This document shows, in pieces, positions 1-8,541 of a stretch of 24,598 bases of DNA (position 1 is its first letter; each line of letters begins with the position of its first letter). Location of the stretch: assembly GCA_964421955.1 (NCBI GenBank), contig CAYQYU010000014.1, positions 1 through 24,598 of the forward strand, in the 5' to 3' direction. Source of the DNA: an uncultured archaeon (GTDB lineage: Archaea; Nanohalarchaeota; Nanosalinia; Nanosalinales; Nanosalinaceae). The translations under genes and the position numbers were made by a program. The notes below the pieces were generated by a model. The model did no database searches and had not been told where the DNA came from. It saw nothing but the letters and a program-made list of their open reading frames with translations.

Positions 1-1360
1 TACACCAGTCAGGGGAATCCGAGACAAAGTTGTGGAACCGTTTCTGGGCGTTTTCAGGCACCCACTGGACTTCCTTGTTTTCCTCCAGCATCCTCTGCTT
101 GACTTCCTCGTTCTTTATGAAGTACTGTTCCGCGGCCCGGTAGATCAGCTTTGTCTTGCAGCGCCAGCAGTGAGGGTACTCGTGCCGGTAGCTCTCGCTA
201 TGGAGCAGAAGATCTTTCTCCTCCAGCATCTCTATTACTTCTGGATCGACCTCGAGAACATTTTTGCCCTCGAGAACTCCTGCCTCCTCGGTGTAGTATC
301 CTTCTGCATCAAGCGGAGAGAAGACAGGTAGATCAAAGCGGCGGGTCTCCTCGTAGTCCTCGGGTCCATGACCTGTCGCGGCATGGACCACTCCAGTTCC
401 CTCTTCCAGAGTTACAAGCTCTTCCGAGGTGTGAATCACGTGGACATCTTCCTCTTCATCGAGCTCTTGCTGTCTCGGTATGTCATCGATGAACGGCGTC
501 CTGTATTTCAGTCCTTCCAGTTCCGTTCCCGGGAAAGTCTCGACTATTTCGTAGTCTTCTTCCTCGTAACCCGTCTTCTCCATCACGGTCGCGACGAGCT
601 GCTGCGCGATTACCAGGGTCTCCCCGTTGACTTCTACTCTGGCGTAGTCGAACTCCGGGTGTACAAAGACCGCCATGTTCGAGGGGACTGTCCACGGCGT
701 CGTGGTCCAGATCACGACATTTTCTTCTCTATCTTCCAGCGGGAATTTGACGAATATCGAGTGGTCGGTTATCTCCCTGTACTCGTCCGTCACTTCGTAA
801 CCCGACAGAGAGGTCTGGCATCTCGGGCACCAGTGTATCGGTTTGCCGGCCTTGTAGAGAAGATCCTGTTCGTGGGTTTTCTTCAGCAGCCACCACGCAC
901 TTTCTATATAGTCGTTTTCAAAGGTCATGTAGGGATTTTCAAAGTCCTGCCACACGGCAAGGTCGTCCATGACAGTTTTCCATAGATCCTTGGCGGAGGT
1001 CGCCCTCTCCCTGCATTCTCTTATGAACTCGGCCGCAGAAATCTCGGTCCCGATCTCGTTTTTATCCTCTATCCCGAGTTCTTCCTCTGTCGCGAGCTCG
1101 TTGGGGAGTCCGTGTGTGTCGAAGCCGGCCTGGTCCCAGACATCGTATCCCTGCATCTGCTTGAACCGGAGCATGACATCCTTCAGAACCTTGCCCTGCA
1201 TGTGACCGACGTGCGGCGCACCGTTCAGGTAGGGCGGGCCGTCGATCATGAAGAAGGGCTCGTTACCCTCCGTTGACTCGCGGACTTTCTTTTTTATGTT
1301 GTTTTCATCCCAGTAGCTGGAAACCTCTGTTTCTACTTTTTCAGGTTCGTATTCAGACAT
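1..1360 (-). CDS. ileS: Isoleucyl-tRNA synthetase, N-terminal ~453 codons (rest of gene runs off the left edge)
   Basis: Absent from the ORF track because it is open at the window edge. My minus-strand translation from the ATG (complement of 1358-1360) reads MSEYEPEKVETEVSSYWDENN..PFFMIDGPPYLNGAPHVGHMQGKVLKD (class I HIGH motif as HVGH)..GFDTHGLP..IWTTTPWTVPSNMAV..YPHCWRCKTKLIYRAAEQYFI..DSPDWC, with no stops. The WTTTPWT and HCWRC blocks are IleRS-typical. The + strand ORFs at 32-1205 are antisense shadows. Confidence 0.9.
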   Translation of the reverse strand, partial: MSEYEPEKVETEVSSYWDENNIKKKVRESTEGNEPFFMIDGPPYLNGAPHVGHMQGKVLKDVMLRFKQMQGYDVWDQAGFDTHGLPNELATEEELGIEDKNEIGTEISAAEFIRECRERATSAKDLWKTVMDDLAVWQDFENPYMTFENDYIESAWWLLKKTHEQDLLYKAGKPIHWCPRCQTSLSGYEVTDEYREITDHSIFVKFPLEDREENVVIWTTTPWTVPSNMAVFVHPEFDYARVEVNGETLVIAQQLVATVMEKTGYEEEDYEIVETFPGTELEGLKYRTPFIDDIPRQQELDEEEDVHVIHTSEELVTLEEGTGVVHAATGHGPEDYEETRRFDLPVFSPLDAEGYYTEEAGVLEGKNVLEVDPEVIEMLEEKDLLLHSESYRHEYPHCWRCKTKLIYRAAEQYFIKNEEVKQRMLEENKEVQWVPENAQKRFHNFVSDSPDWC

Positions 1361-1472
1361 ACTTCTAGAGCGGGCAGTTGAAAGTTAAAAGGATTGTCTA
1401 GGCTAGACTAGAAGTAGTCCTCAGTGTTCTCTTTGGCCTTGGAGTAGGCATTATAGACATGGCCTTTGTCCT

Positions 1473-1607
1473 TTATGATGCTAGAGCAGCAGCGCTTGCT
1501 AGGGCTCCCAGAGCAAGTACTACTCCGAAACCTTGGCCTCTCTCATCTTCCATTAGTTCTTGAAAGCTAGAATCTTTTTGATCTTCAGGTTCAAGTAGGT
1601 GTTCCAT
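1473..1607 (-). CDS. 44-aa micro-ORF, acidic N-terminus plus C-terminal hydrophobic tail (hypothetical)
   Basis: Hand translation gives MEHLLEPEDQKDSSFQELMEDERGQGFGVVLALGALASAAALAS*. It is below the ORF-track cutoff and fills the gap between ileS and the HIT gene on the same strand. The tail GQGFGVVLALGALASAAALAS loosely resembles a PGF-CTERM-type anchor, but there is no signal peptide and no terminal basic residues. Confidence 0.25.
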   Translation of the reverse strand: MEHLLEPEDQKDSSFQELMEDERGQGFGVVLALGALASAAALAS

Positions 1608-1635
1608 ACGCACGTTTGTCTAGGCTATTAAGTTA

Positions 1636-2349
1636 CTACCGCCACTCGAAGCTCTTGCCGTCCCAGTGGCCTTCTCCTCGGGGTTCGTTCTCGGCTTCTT
1701 CATCTCCTTCCTTTCCGGCGGATCCGTCATCGCCCTGGTCTATGCCGTCCTCAAGTAGCTCTTCAGGATCAGGTTCTGGCGCCTCTTCTTTTTCTTCGTC
1801 CCCTGTATCATCCGTTTGTCGCTCCATCTCGTTCCTGTCGACGAGTCTCGATGCTCTTGAGCTCTTGTGTTTCTTGCTTTCGGGATGAGGTTCCCTGGTT
1901 TCGGTCTCAAAGTTGACGGATACAGAGGCCATCGATTCATGCGTACCCTCTAGATCCTGCTGGAGTTCCTCTTGTTGCGGAAAGATCGCGCCTGTAGGTG
2001 TGCCCGCGTTCTCGTCGTCTTCAAACCGTGGGAAAACCTGTATGTAGGCGTGAGGCACCATCTGGCCGCCGGCCTCTCCGATATTTACCGTTACCGAGGC
2101 GCCGTCCGCTCCAAGGCCTTTTTCTGCCTTCTCGATCACCATACGCGTCAACTTCATCGCCTCCTGGTACTCCTCGGGCGAGAAATCGAGAACCGATTCC
2201 TTGTGCTCCCTGGGAACAATCATTGTGTGACCTCTCGCCCGGGGGTTGATCTCGAGCCACGCATAGAAGTTATCTGTCTCTCCGACAAGCAGGAGCTGGT
2301 CTGGGTTGGCGATCAACTGGCAGAACGGGCACTGGTCCTTTGGTGGCAT
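1636..2349 (-). CDS. HIT (histidine triad) superfamily protein with degenerate triad and long acidic C-terminal tail
   Basis: CPFCQ...NPRARGHTMIVPREH...GGQMVPHAYIQVFPRFEDD aligns by eye to the archaeal HIT pattern (C-x-F-C, GH-x-L-V-x-P-x-x-H, VPH-x-H-x-H-x-x-PR). A TATA-like GTTTAAATT at 2373-2381 lies ~28 nt upstream of the ATG. Confidence 0.85.
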   Translation of the reverse strand: MPPKDQCPFCQLIANPDQLLLVGETDNFYAWLEINPRARGHTMIVPREHKESVLDFSPEEYQEAMKLTRMVIEKAEKGLGADGASVTVNIGEAGGQMVPHAYIQVFPRFEDDENAGTPTGAIFPQQEELQQDLEGTHESMASVSVNFETETREPHPESKKHKSSRASRLVDRNEMERQTDDTGDEEKEEAPEPDPEELLEDGIDQGDDGSAGKEGDEEAENEPRGEGHWDGKSFEWR

Positions 2350-2372
2350 ACAGAAAGCTTGTATTTGACCGG

Positions 2373-2381
2373 GTTTAAATT
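2373..2381 (-). promoter_or_regulatory. TATA-box-like element for the HIT gene (leaderless spacing)
   Basis: AATTTAAAC on the minus strand is centred ~28 nt upstream of the ATG at 2349. Confidence 0.45.
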
Positions 2382-2456
2382 CTGCTGTCTCCGGGTCGCC
2401 TTTTTAAAGCTGGGCCTTGATTTGTGTCTTACACTCATCAACAGGTGCATTTACCT

Positions 2457-2816
2457 ATGGAAGACGATTTTGACTCACAGTTTGACGACGATCTGGACGA
2501 AGATTTTGAAAACGATGAAGAAGATTTCGACGACGACCTCGAGGAGGAAGACTCCGGGAACGAGCAGGAAGAAGTGGAGGTTGACGAAGAAGGAGATCTC
2601 CAGGAAGAATCCGGCGATGACAACGACTACGACAAGCCTGTCTCGGAAGGAGAGACAGTGGAAGTAGAGATCGAGGACCTCGGAAGCAAGGGCGACGGAA
2701 TCGCACGGGTAGAAGGCTTTGTGGTCTTCGTGCCGGGCGGAGAAGTTGGCGAATCCTACGACGTAGAAGTCACTTCTGTCGGAAGAAAGTTTGCCTTCGC
2801 CGAGATCGCCGAGTAA
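2457..2816 (+). CDS. TRAM-domain protein with acidic N-terminal extension
   Basis: The C-terminal 60 aa, [53 protein letters not shown], match the small archaeal TRAM fold pattern. The track ORF starts at GTG 2424. I prefer ATG 2457 because the TATA-like TTTTTAAAG at 2401-2409 would place the transcription start after 2424. Confidence 0.8.
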   Translation: MEDDFDSQFDDDLDEDFENDEEDFDDDLEEEDSGNEQEEVEVDEEGDLQEESGDDNDYDKPVSEGETVEVEIEDLGSKGDGIARVEGFVVFVPGGEVGESYDVEVTSVGRKFAFAEIAE

Positions 2817-2825
2817 GCTTTATCC

Positions 2826-2859
2826 CGAAGCCTCTTGGCTTCGAACTTTTTATCTTTTC
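2826..2859 (+). terminator. Hairpin plus T-tract terminator after the TRAM gene
   Basis: A perfect 7-bp stem CGAAGCC(2826-2832)/GGCTTCG(2837-2843) with loop TCTT is followed by AACTTTTTATCTTTTC. Confidence 0.5.
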
Positions 2860-2877
2860 TATTTAATTTTCCCTCTT

Positions 2878-3456
2878 ATGGATTACCAGGATTTTGCATT
2901 AACCATAATAGCTATATCTGTGCTCGCAGGACTGTATCTAGGCTCGGGGATGGGCATACAGGATATCAGACAGGCCTACTTCACCGGTGACAGGAAAGAT
3001 ATGGAGGACAACCGTTCTCAAAACGGCTCCTTCGTACTCGGCTCGGCGCATGATCACGCCCTCTTCCACATCTCAGTCAACGGCTCCGAGCTCGACTTTT
3101 CGGGGGAAAGGTTCCAGATGAACGCGCGGCACGTCCACCTCGAGAACGGCCGCTCAGACATCGTCCACAAGCACTCTGAGGGAGTTACATGGAAGGACTT
3201 CTTTGAGACCGTCAATATCTCGATAAAGGACAACTCTTCCCGTGTATGCGTTGATATCTACAACAGCACCCGTTGCGGTAACGGTACAGCAGTGCTCAAC
3301 GGGGAGGAGAATCCTGATCTGGAGACCGAGATCAAGCAGGGAGACAATTTCGCAGTAGTGATGGGAGAGGAAGTTGATACCCTCATAGATAATTACATGA
3401 AGAAACAGCTCCCGAAAGCATACAAGCCCCGTGAAACAAGGGGTAGGAGGATATGA
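2878..3456 (+). CDS. Membrane-anchored His-rich protein of unknown function
   Basis: The start was moved to ATG 2878 (MDYQDFALTIIAISVLAGLYLGSG, an N-terminal TM helix). The extracytoplasmic part has SAHDHALFHISVNG...ARHVHLENGRSDIVHKHSEGVTW, a His-rich pattern I recall from conserved unknown proteins of halophiles and actinobacteria. I cannot name a family. Confidence 0.6.
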   Translation: MDYQDFALTIIAISVLAGLYLGSGMGIQDIRQAYFTGDRKDMEDNRSQNGSFVLGSAHDHALFHISVNGSELDFSGERFQMNARHVHLENGRSDIVHKHSEGVTWKDFFETVNISIKDNSSRVCVDIYNSTRCGNGTAVLNGEENPDLETEIKQGDNFAVVMGEEVDTLIDNYMKKQLPKAYKPRETRGRRI

Positions 3457-3462
3457 GCCGTC

Positions 3463-4596
3463 ATGGAACATGTGCTGGTTAGATACAGCAGTATCGGTAC
3501 CAAGTCCCGGCCGGTGAAGTCAAAACTGAGGAAGATCCTGAGGCAGAGAGTTGAGGACAGGCTGGAGTACGAGAGTCTGGAATACAGGAAAGTCAGCTAC
3601 ATGCCCGGGAGAGTTTTGGTAGAGGCTCCTGAACCGGAAAAAATCTGTGAGAGAATAGCGGAAATTCCAGGCGTCGCGTCAGTCTCACCCGCGATCAAGA
3701 CAGGAGCCTCAATAGAAGAGATGAAAGAGGCCGCGGAAGAGTTCGATTACGGTGACACTTTTGGCGTCGATGTCAACAGGAACGGAGATCATGAATTCTC
3801 GAGTCAGGACATAAAGAGAGAAGTAGGATCTTACATCGAGGAGTTCTCAGGTGCAAGTGTTGACCTTGATGAACCCGGGACGCTGCTGGAGTTCGATATC
3901 AGGGAGGGCGATGCTTTCGCATTCAACCAGCGGTTGAAAGGGCCAGGAGGTCTTCCTGTTGGTAGCCAGGGATCTCTCGCGGTGCTTGTGAGCGGCGGTA
4001 TTGATTCTCCTGTAGCCGCGTACAGGATGATGGTGAAAGGGGCGGATTTAGTTCCGGTTTACTTCTACAATAAACCGGTTGCGGCAGAGGACCACCTTCT
4101 TAGATTCCAGTCCGCAGTCAAGAAACTGGAGCGTTTCCATCCGTCAAAGGACTGGTACTATTACCGCATCGATATGGAAGATGTGAACCGGGAGCTGATG
4201 GAGGTAGAGAAGGGAAGGATGATTCTCCATCGTATAATCATGTTCCGTGTGGTAGAGAAGATTGCGGAGGATGATGGACTGAAAGGAATCGTCACCGGCG
4301 AGTCGCTCGGCCAGAAATCCTCCCAGACTGCTGCAAATCTTGAGATGACCTCTCTCGGAATAGAGAAGCCGATCTACCGGCCGCTGATAGGTCTCAACAA
4401 GAACCAGATAATTGAGAGAGCAAAGCAGATAGGAACTTTCGGGGAGGCGACAATAGATTCCGCGTGCAGCACTCTTGCTCCGGATAGCCCTTCTACCGAA
4501 ATGAAGCCACACCAGCTTGAAAATCTCTCGGATGTGGTTGACCTTGAGAAACTTGTCGAAACAGCCTATCGCAGCCGTAAAAAGGTTACTCTCTAG
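3463..4596 (+). CDS. thiI: tRNA 4-thiouridine synthase ThiI (THUMP + PP-loop ATPase, no rhodanese domain)
   Basis: N-terminal VRYSSIGTKSRPVKSKLRKIL.. is the ThiI ferredoxin-like/THUMP start. The PP-loop is LVSGGIDSPVAAY, followed by ..TGESLGQKSSQT. Confidence 0.9.
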   Translation: MEHVLVRYSSIGTKSRPVKSKLRKILRQRVEDRLEYESLEYRKVSYMPGRVLVEAPEPEKICERIAEIPGVASVSPAIKTGASIEEMKEAAEEFDYGDTFGVDVNRNGDHEFSSQDIKREVGSYIEEFSGASVDLDEPGTLLEFDIREGDAFAFNQRLKGPGGLPVGSQGSLAVLVSGGIDSPVAAYRMMVKGADLVPVYFYNKPVAAEDHLLRFQSAVKKLERFHPSKDWYYYRIDMEDVNRELMEVEKGRMILHRIIMFRVVEKIAEDDGLKGIVTGESLGQKSSQTAANLEMTSLGIEKPIYRPLIGLNKNQIIERAKQIGTFGEATIDSACSTLAPDSPSTEMKPHQLENLSDVVDLEKLVETAYRSRKKVTL

Positions 4597-4604
4597 CACC
4601 GAAA

Positions 4605-4615
4605 AGATTATATAC
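4605..4615 (+). promoter_or_regulatory. TATA-box-like element for the 95-aa acidic protein gene
   Basis: AGATTATATAC is centred ~27 nt upstream of ATG 4638. Confidence 0.45.
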
Positions 4616-4637
4616 TCTGCAAGTTCCGTGAAACCTT

Positions 4638-4925
4638 ATGTCTATACAGGAGAAGCGTGAAGAGGCCGAAGCAGTGCTTGATTCGGCGGAAATGATCCTC
4701 GAAACATACCCCGGGACAGGTGAGAAGTCGCGGGAGCTGGAGACGAAGATTGCCGAGCTGGAGCAGGAGCTTCAGGACCCTGACTCCGAGCAGTCCCTGA
4801 ACAAGCTGATCGACGAGATAAGAGAGCTTATGGAGGATGTAGAAGAAGAGGCCATGGATGACCCTATGATGGATGAGCCAATGGATGAAGGATTCGGGCC
4901 AGAAGATGATATTCCGCCGTTCTGA
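4638..4925 (+). CDS. Small acidic coiled-coil-like protein, unknown function
   Basis: A 95-aa ORF with well-placed TATA box and acidic helical sequence (ELETKIAELEQELQD). No recognisable domain. Confidence 0.55.
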   Translation: MSIQEKREEAEAVLDSAEMILETYPGTGEKSRELETKIAELEQELQDPDSEQSLNKLIDEIRELMEDVEEEAMDDPMMDEPMDEGFGPEDDIPPF

Positions 4926-4982
4926 TCGCGGCACTTTTTCTTTCTACGTAGTTTTGTAAACTAGCAAGACCAAGTTAGTAGT

Positions 4983-5342
4983 ATGGAGAACCGACCGCTG
5001 ATAGAGCAGACAGTATCAGAAAACCCGGGCATAGGTTTCTCCGAGCTGAAACGGAAGACCGGACTGGCAAACGGGGTGCTCCAGTACCACCTCTGCGAGT
5101 CCAAACAAACGACCCGGAAGAAGGGTGCAATCCTCAAGAAGGGATTCTGCAGGGACTGTGCCTTCCAGAACTTATGCCAGAATAAATGCCTCCTCAAAGC
5201 CCTGAGAAAGCCCAGAAACCGTGAAATACTGGAGCTGAAACTGAAGGGAACCCGTAACAAGGACATCGCGGAGAGGCTGGAACTCGACCCATCTACTGTC
5301 ACCCATCACGTCCAGAAACTGGAAGAACTCGGACTCCTGTAG
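4983..5342 (+). CDS. Transcription regulator with two ArsR-like HTH segments separated by a 4-Cys motif
   Basis: The N-terminal segment is GIGFSELKRKTGLANGVLQYHL. The C-terminal segment ALRKPRNREILELKLKGTRNKDIAERLELDPSTVTHHVQKLEELGLL matches the ArsR/SmtB recognition-helix pattern. The central motif is C-x2-C-x6-C-x3-C (CRDCAFQNLCQNKC). Confidence 0.7.
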   Translation: MENRPLIEQTVSENPGIGFSELKRKTGLANGVLQYHLCESKQTTRKKGAILKKGFCRDCAFQNLCQNKCLLKALRKPRNREILELKLKGTRNKDIAERLELDPSTVTHHVQKLEELGLL

Positions 5343-5402
5343 AAAATTTGGAAGACTTTACTAGAAGATTTTTTATTCAGGCTATACCTGATACAATATA
5401 TT

Positions 5403-6173
5403 ATGGTAGATCTCAACGGCAGGACCGCAATTGTTACCGGCGGATCCTCAGGTATCGGAAGAGGTATAAGCCTCAAACTCGCTGAAGAAGGCGCAAACGT
5501 CGTCGTGGCAGATATCCGGGAGGAACCTCTGGAGGACGGCGTTCCAACACACGAAAAGATAAACTCCGAGGTAGATGACGCAGAGTCCGTTTTCGTAGAG
5601 GTGGATGTAAGCGACGAGGACTCTGTAAGTGAAATGGTGGAATCCGCGGTAAGAGAATTCGAGAAAGTTGAAATACTTGTGAACAACGCAGGAGTCCATC
5701 ACTCTGCATCCGTGACCGATGAGACCATGGAGGGCTGGCACTCCATACTGGACGTTAACCTCCGCGGAACCTTCCTCTGCTCGAAGCACGTCATCTCACA
5801 CATGCTGGAAGAAGAGATCGAGGGTGATGTAGTGAACATCGGCAGCATAGCCGGTCTAGTAGGATATGGCCAGAGCGCGGCCTACTGCGCCTCAAAGGGC
5901 GGAGTAGTTGAGCTTACACGGGAAATGGCGCTGGACTATGGTTCTGAAGGCATCAACATCAACGCGGTCGATCCTGGAGTCATAAAGACCGCGATGACAG
6001 GAGATATGTTAGAGGACGAGGAAACGAGGCAGTTCATGGACCAGAACACCGTTGCACCAAGGCTTGGAGAGCCCGAGGATATAGCGAATGCGGTCGCTTT
6101 CCTTGCATCGTCCGAAAGTGATTTTATCATGGGCGAGAACCTTGTTGTTGACGGGGGCTGGACGGCCAGGTGA
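5403..6173 (+). CDS. Short-chain dehydrogenase/reductase (SDR, FabG/glucose-1-DH-like)
   Basis: TGGSSGIGRG is the cofactor-binding motif, NNAG is present, and the catalytic Y-x3-K appears as YCASKGG. Length is 256 aa. Confidence 0.9.
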   Translation: MVDLNGRTAIVTGGSSGIGRGISLKLAEEGANVVVADIREEPLEDGVPTHEKINSEVDDAESVFVEVDVSDEDSVSEMVESAVREFEKVEILVNNAGVHHSASVTDETMEGWHSILDVNLRGTFLCSKHVISHMLEEEIEGDVVNIGSIAGLVGYGQSAAYCASKGGVVELTREMALDYGSEGININAVDPGVIKTAMTGDMLEDEETRQFMDQNTVAPRLGEPEDIANAVAFLASSESDFIMGENLVVDGGWTAR

Positions 6174-7159
6174 AAGTAGCGTGGTTCGATGCCGAGAAAT
6201 GGGAGAAGGAATTTCTCAGTGAAAGAGAGATAGAATTCGAGATAGATTTCTTCGAGGAGCCGCTCACACCTGCAAATGTGGAAGAAGCCCAGGGCTACGA
6301 GACCGTATCAGTATTTGTATCCTCCAATGTCAACGGCAAAGTTGTAGAACAGCTTGACTGCAACACGATAGCGTGCAGGTCAACAGGGTACGACCACGTC
6401 GCCGAAGAAAAGGCCGCCGATCATGGTATACAGGTCTGTAATGTTCCGGATTATGGGGGTACAACCGTTGCGGAGCACACTTTCGGGCTGATACTTGCGC
6501 TTTCAAGGAGAATCTACAGTGCGATAGAACGTGTTGAGGACGGAGACTACAGTCACGAAGGTTTAAGGGGCTTCGACCTGAAAGGCAAGAAGCTCGGAGT
6601 TGTAGGCACAGGTTCGATCGGAAAGAACGTTATAAGAATCGCTAACGGCTTCGACATGCATGTTATCGCTCATGATCCCTCGGAGGACAGGTACGCTGAG
6701 CACGAGATGGGGTTCATGTACGTTTCCCTTGACGATCTTCTTGAACAGGCAGATATTGTCACGCTCCATTGCCCGCTCACTGAATCCAGCAAGCACATGA
6801 TCTCAGATGAGGAGTTCGAGAAGATGGACGGCACGCTCCTGATCAATACTGCAAGGGGAGAACTTGTCGACCAAGAGGCTCTGATAGAGGCGCTTGAAAA
6901 TGATAATGTCGAGGCCGCGGGACTTGATGTGCTTGAAGAGGAGTGCTATATCGAGGACGACATCGAATATCTCGGGGATCTGAAGGAGAAATGTGATCCT
7001 CGGGTCATACTTGAAGACCATATCCTGATGAATCGAGAAGACGTCCTGATAACGCCTCATAACGCTTTCAACTCATGGGAAGCACTGGAAAGGATTGAAA
7101 ATACGACTATAGAGAACATTGAGAGACACACCAACGTTGTTAATTCTCCGTGGAACTAA
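6170..7159 (+). CDS. D-isomer-specific 2-hydroxyacid dehydrogenase (NAD-binding)
   Basis: GVVGTGSIGK is the Rossmann motif, with ..LHCPLT....INTARGELVD..TPHNAF. The GTG start overlaps the SDR stop by 4 nt (GTGA), which suggests an operon. Confidence 0.88.
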   Translation: MKVAWFDAEKWEKEFLSEREIEFEIDFFEEPLTPANVEEAQGYETVSVFVSSNVNGKVVEQLDCNTIACRSTGYDHVAEEKAADHGIQVCNVPDYGGTTVAEHTFGLILALSRRIYSAIERVEDGDYSHEGLRGFDLKGKKLGVVGTGSIGKNVIRIANGFDMHVIAHDPSEDRYAEHEMGFMYVSLDDLLEQADIVTLHCPLTESSKHMISDEEFEKMDGTLLINTARGELVDQEALIEALENDNVEAAGLDVLEEECYIEDDIEYLGDLKEKCDPRVILEDHILMNREDVLITPHNAFNSWEALERIENTTIENIERHTNVVNSPWN

Positions 7160-7193
7160 TGGCCGTTTTTAGGGTGCTTGAGTAAAGGAGTCT

Positions 7194-7502
7194 CTACTTG
7201 GTGTATATTGTGTCTATCTTATCTATGAAATGTTCGGCTGCATCATCTATATCTTCTTTGTCAACCTCTAATTCCAGTTTAAGCGTAAATGCAAGAAGCA
7301 ATAGATCCACTATTTCTTCTTTCAGATGACCTAGTTCCTCTCTTTCATACAGCTTCGCTATCTTGGGCGGATGTTTTGCCGACTCCTCTAGCGCGTGATG
7401 TATCCGTTCGTCCTTGTCTAATTCTTTACCGTATATTTCCAGTATTTTACTTGAATAGCTTTCAAGCTGTTCAGCTTGGTTCTCTGGGGAAGAATCTGTC
7501 AT
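7194..7502 (-). CDS. Small all-alpha protein, possibly MazG-like NTP pyrophosphohydrolase
   Basis: REELGHLKEEIVDLLLLAFTL resembles the E-x2-E ... E-x2-D metal-binding helix pair of MazG-like proteins. The assignment is weak. Confidence 0.35.
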   Translation of the reverse strand: MTDSSPENQAEQLESYSSKILEIYGKELDKDERIHHALEESAKHPPKIAKLYEREELGHLKEEIVDLLLLAFTLKLELEVDKEDIDDAAEHFIDKIDTIYTK

Positions 7503-7553
7503 GGAAAGGTGTCAAGGACAGAATTGTTAAATTTCTGTCTGTCGGGGATGTAG

Positions 7554-8108
7554 TTAGTTATTACTGGAACTGAACCGCCACATCAGTACAAGTATCGCAG
7601 CGAGCGCTGTTAAAGCCATCATAGGGATCGTTATGTAGCCGAGGTAGAACGTGTACTCGGTAGAGCATGAAACTGAGAATACAGAACATCCTGCTGAGTG
7701 GAACTGTTCGACACGCTGTACGAGGTAATGGTAGCCGGAGATCGGTATTCCGATCATCGCCAGCGGTATAACATAGTCGGCTACATCATCTTTTTCGAGC
7801 AAAAGCGCGGCCCCGAGCAGAACAACTATTGGATAGATCAGGATGCGCTGGAACCAGCAGAGCCGGCATGGAGTCCATCCCAGAACGTTCGACATGTAGA
7901 GACTTCCCGAAGTCGCGATAAGCGCCAGTAGGAGACCCAGTTCCCGGTAACGTTCACCTATCAGCTCTTCAATTCTATCCAGAAAATTATGTTCCAGACC
8001 GAACCCAAGTCTCCTGGCCGCGAAAACAACAAGTCCCAGGGCCAGGGATAGCTGGACCAGGACAGTTCCGTAGCTGAGTCCTGTAACCACTAGGCTCATG
8101 TATTCCAA
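7554..8108 (-). CDS. Disulfide bond formation protein, BdbC/DsbB family, with extra N-terminal TM segment
   Basis: SLYMSNVLGWTPCRLCWFQRILIYP closely parallels Bacillus BdbC (SLYFSEI..FIPCELCWYQRILMYP). A second Cys pair lies in AGCSVFSVSCS, followed by GYITIPMMAL. Confidence 0.85.
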   Translation of the reverse strand: MEYMSLVVTGLSYGTVLVQLSLALGLVVFAARRLGFGLEHNFLDRIEELIGERYRELGLLLALIATSGSLYMSNVLGWTPCRLCWFQRILIYPIVVLLGAALLLEKDDVADYVIPLAMIGIPISGYHYLVQRVEQFHSAGCSVFSVSCSTEYTFYLGYITIPMMALTALAAILVLMWRFSSSNN

Positions 8109-8143
8109 TTATGACCAGTATTCAAAACCGTTCCGGTGAGAGG

Positions 8144-8488
8144 TTACTGAAAGCGGAACATGTGAGACCTGCAGGAGCAGTCGCCGCACCCAAAATCGTC
8201 AACAGGTTCTCCCATCTCTCCGAGAATCCCTGCCAGAACACATTCAAAGCTCGAATCCTCCGGAACGACCAGGTAGTCAACCGAATTGGCCTCTGCCGAG
8301 AAATAATCGATATGCCAGTGCCTATTCTCGACCTCAGAGAAGTGTCGCCCTATCCGCTTCTCCACAGAATTCATCGCCGAACCAGCATAGACGTAAACGC
8401 CAGGACTGAAACTAACGTTTCCGAGCGCACCGATCTTGATGGTCCGCTCCTCTTCCAGCCTCAGGAAAACCAGGTAGACTGCTTTCAT
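8144..8488 (-). CDS. DUF123 / GIY-YIG (Uri) superfamily protein
   Basis: GVYVYAGSAMNSVEKRIGRHF...NRHWHIDYF matches the archaeal DUF123 signature (G-x-Y-x-Y-x-GSA...R-x-x-RH...HWHIDY). The C-terminus has a CGDCSC cluster. Confidence 0.75.
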   Translation of the reverse strand: MKAVYLVFLRLEEERTIKIGALGNVSFSPGVYVYAGSAMNSVEKRIGRHFSEVENRHWHIDYFSAEANSVDYLVVPEDSSFECVLAGILGEMGEPVDDFGCGDCSCRSHMFRFQ

Positions 8489-8541
8489 AGAGAAGGTTTC
8501 AAACCAAAAGCTTATCTAAAGCTGACGATCAAAACTAGTCT

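Noticed and set aside
32-1205. Four + strand ORFs (32-331, 151-492, 368-985, 969-1205) from the track
   Set aside because: They lie antisense to a continuous, motif-rich IleRS reading frame on the minus strand. Their translations are low-complexity (Leu/Arg/Ser/Pro-rich) shadows.
1616-2706. Overlapping alternative-frame ORFs over the HIT and TRAM genes (e.g. 1616-1888, 1972-2667, 2438-2623, 2455-2706)
   Set aside because: They are Ser/Arg/Pro-rich translations of acidic GA-rich repeats read in wrong frames or antisense. The HIT and TRAM frames carry recognisable domain motifs.
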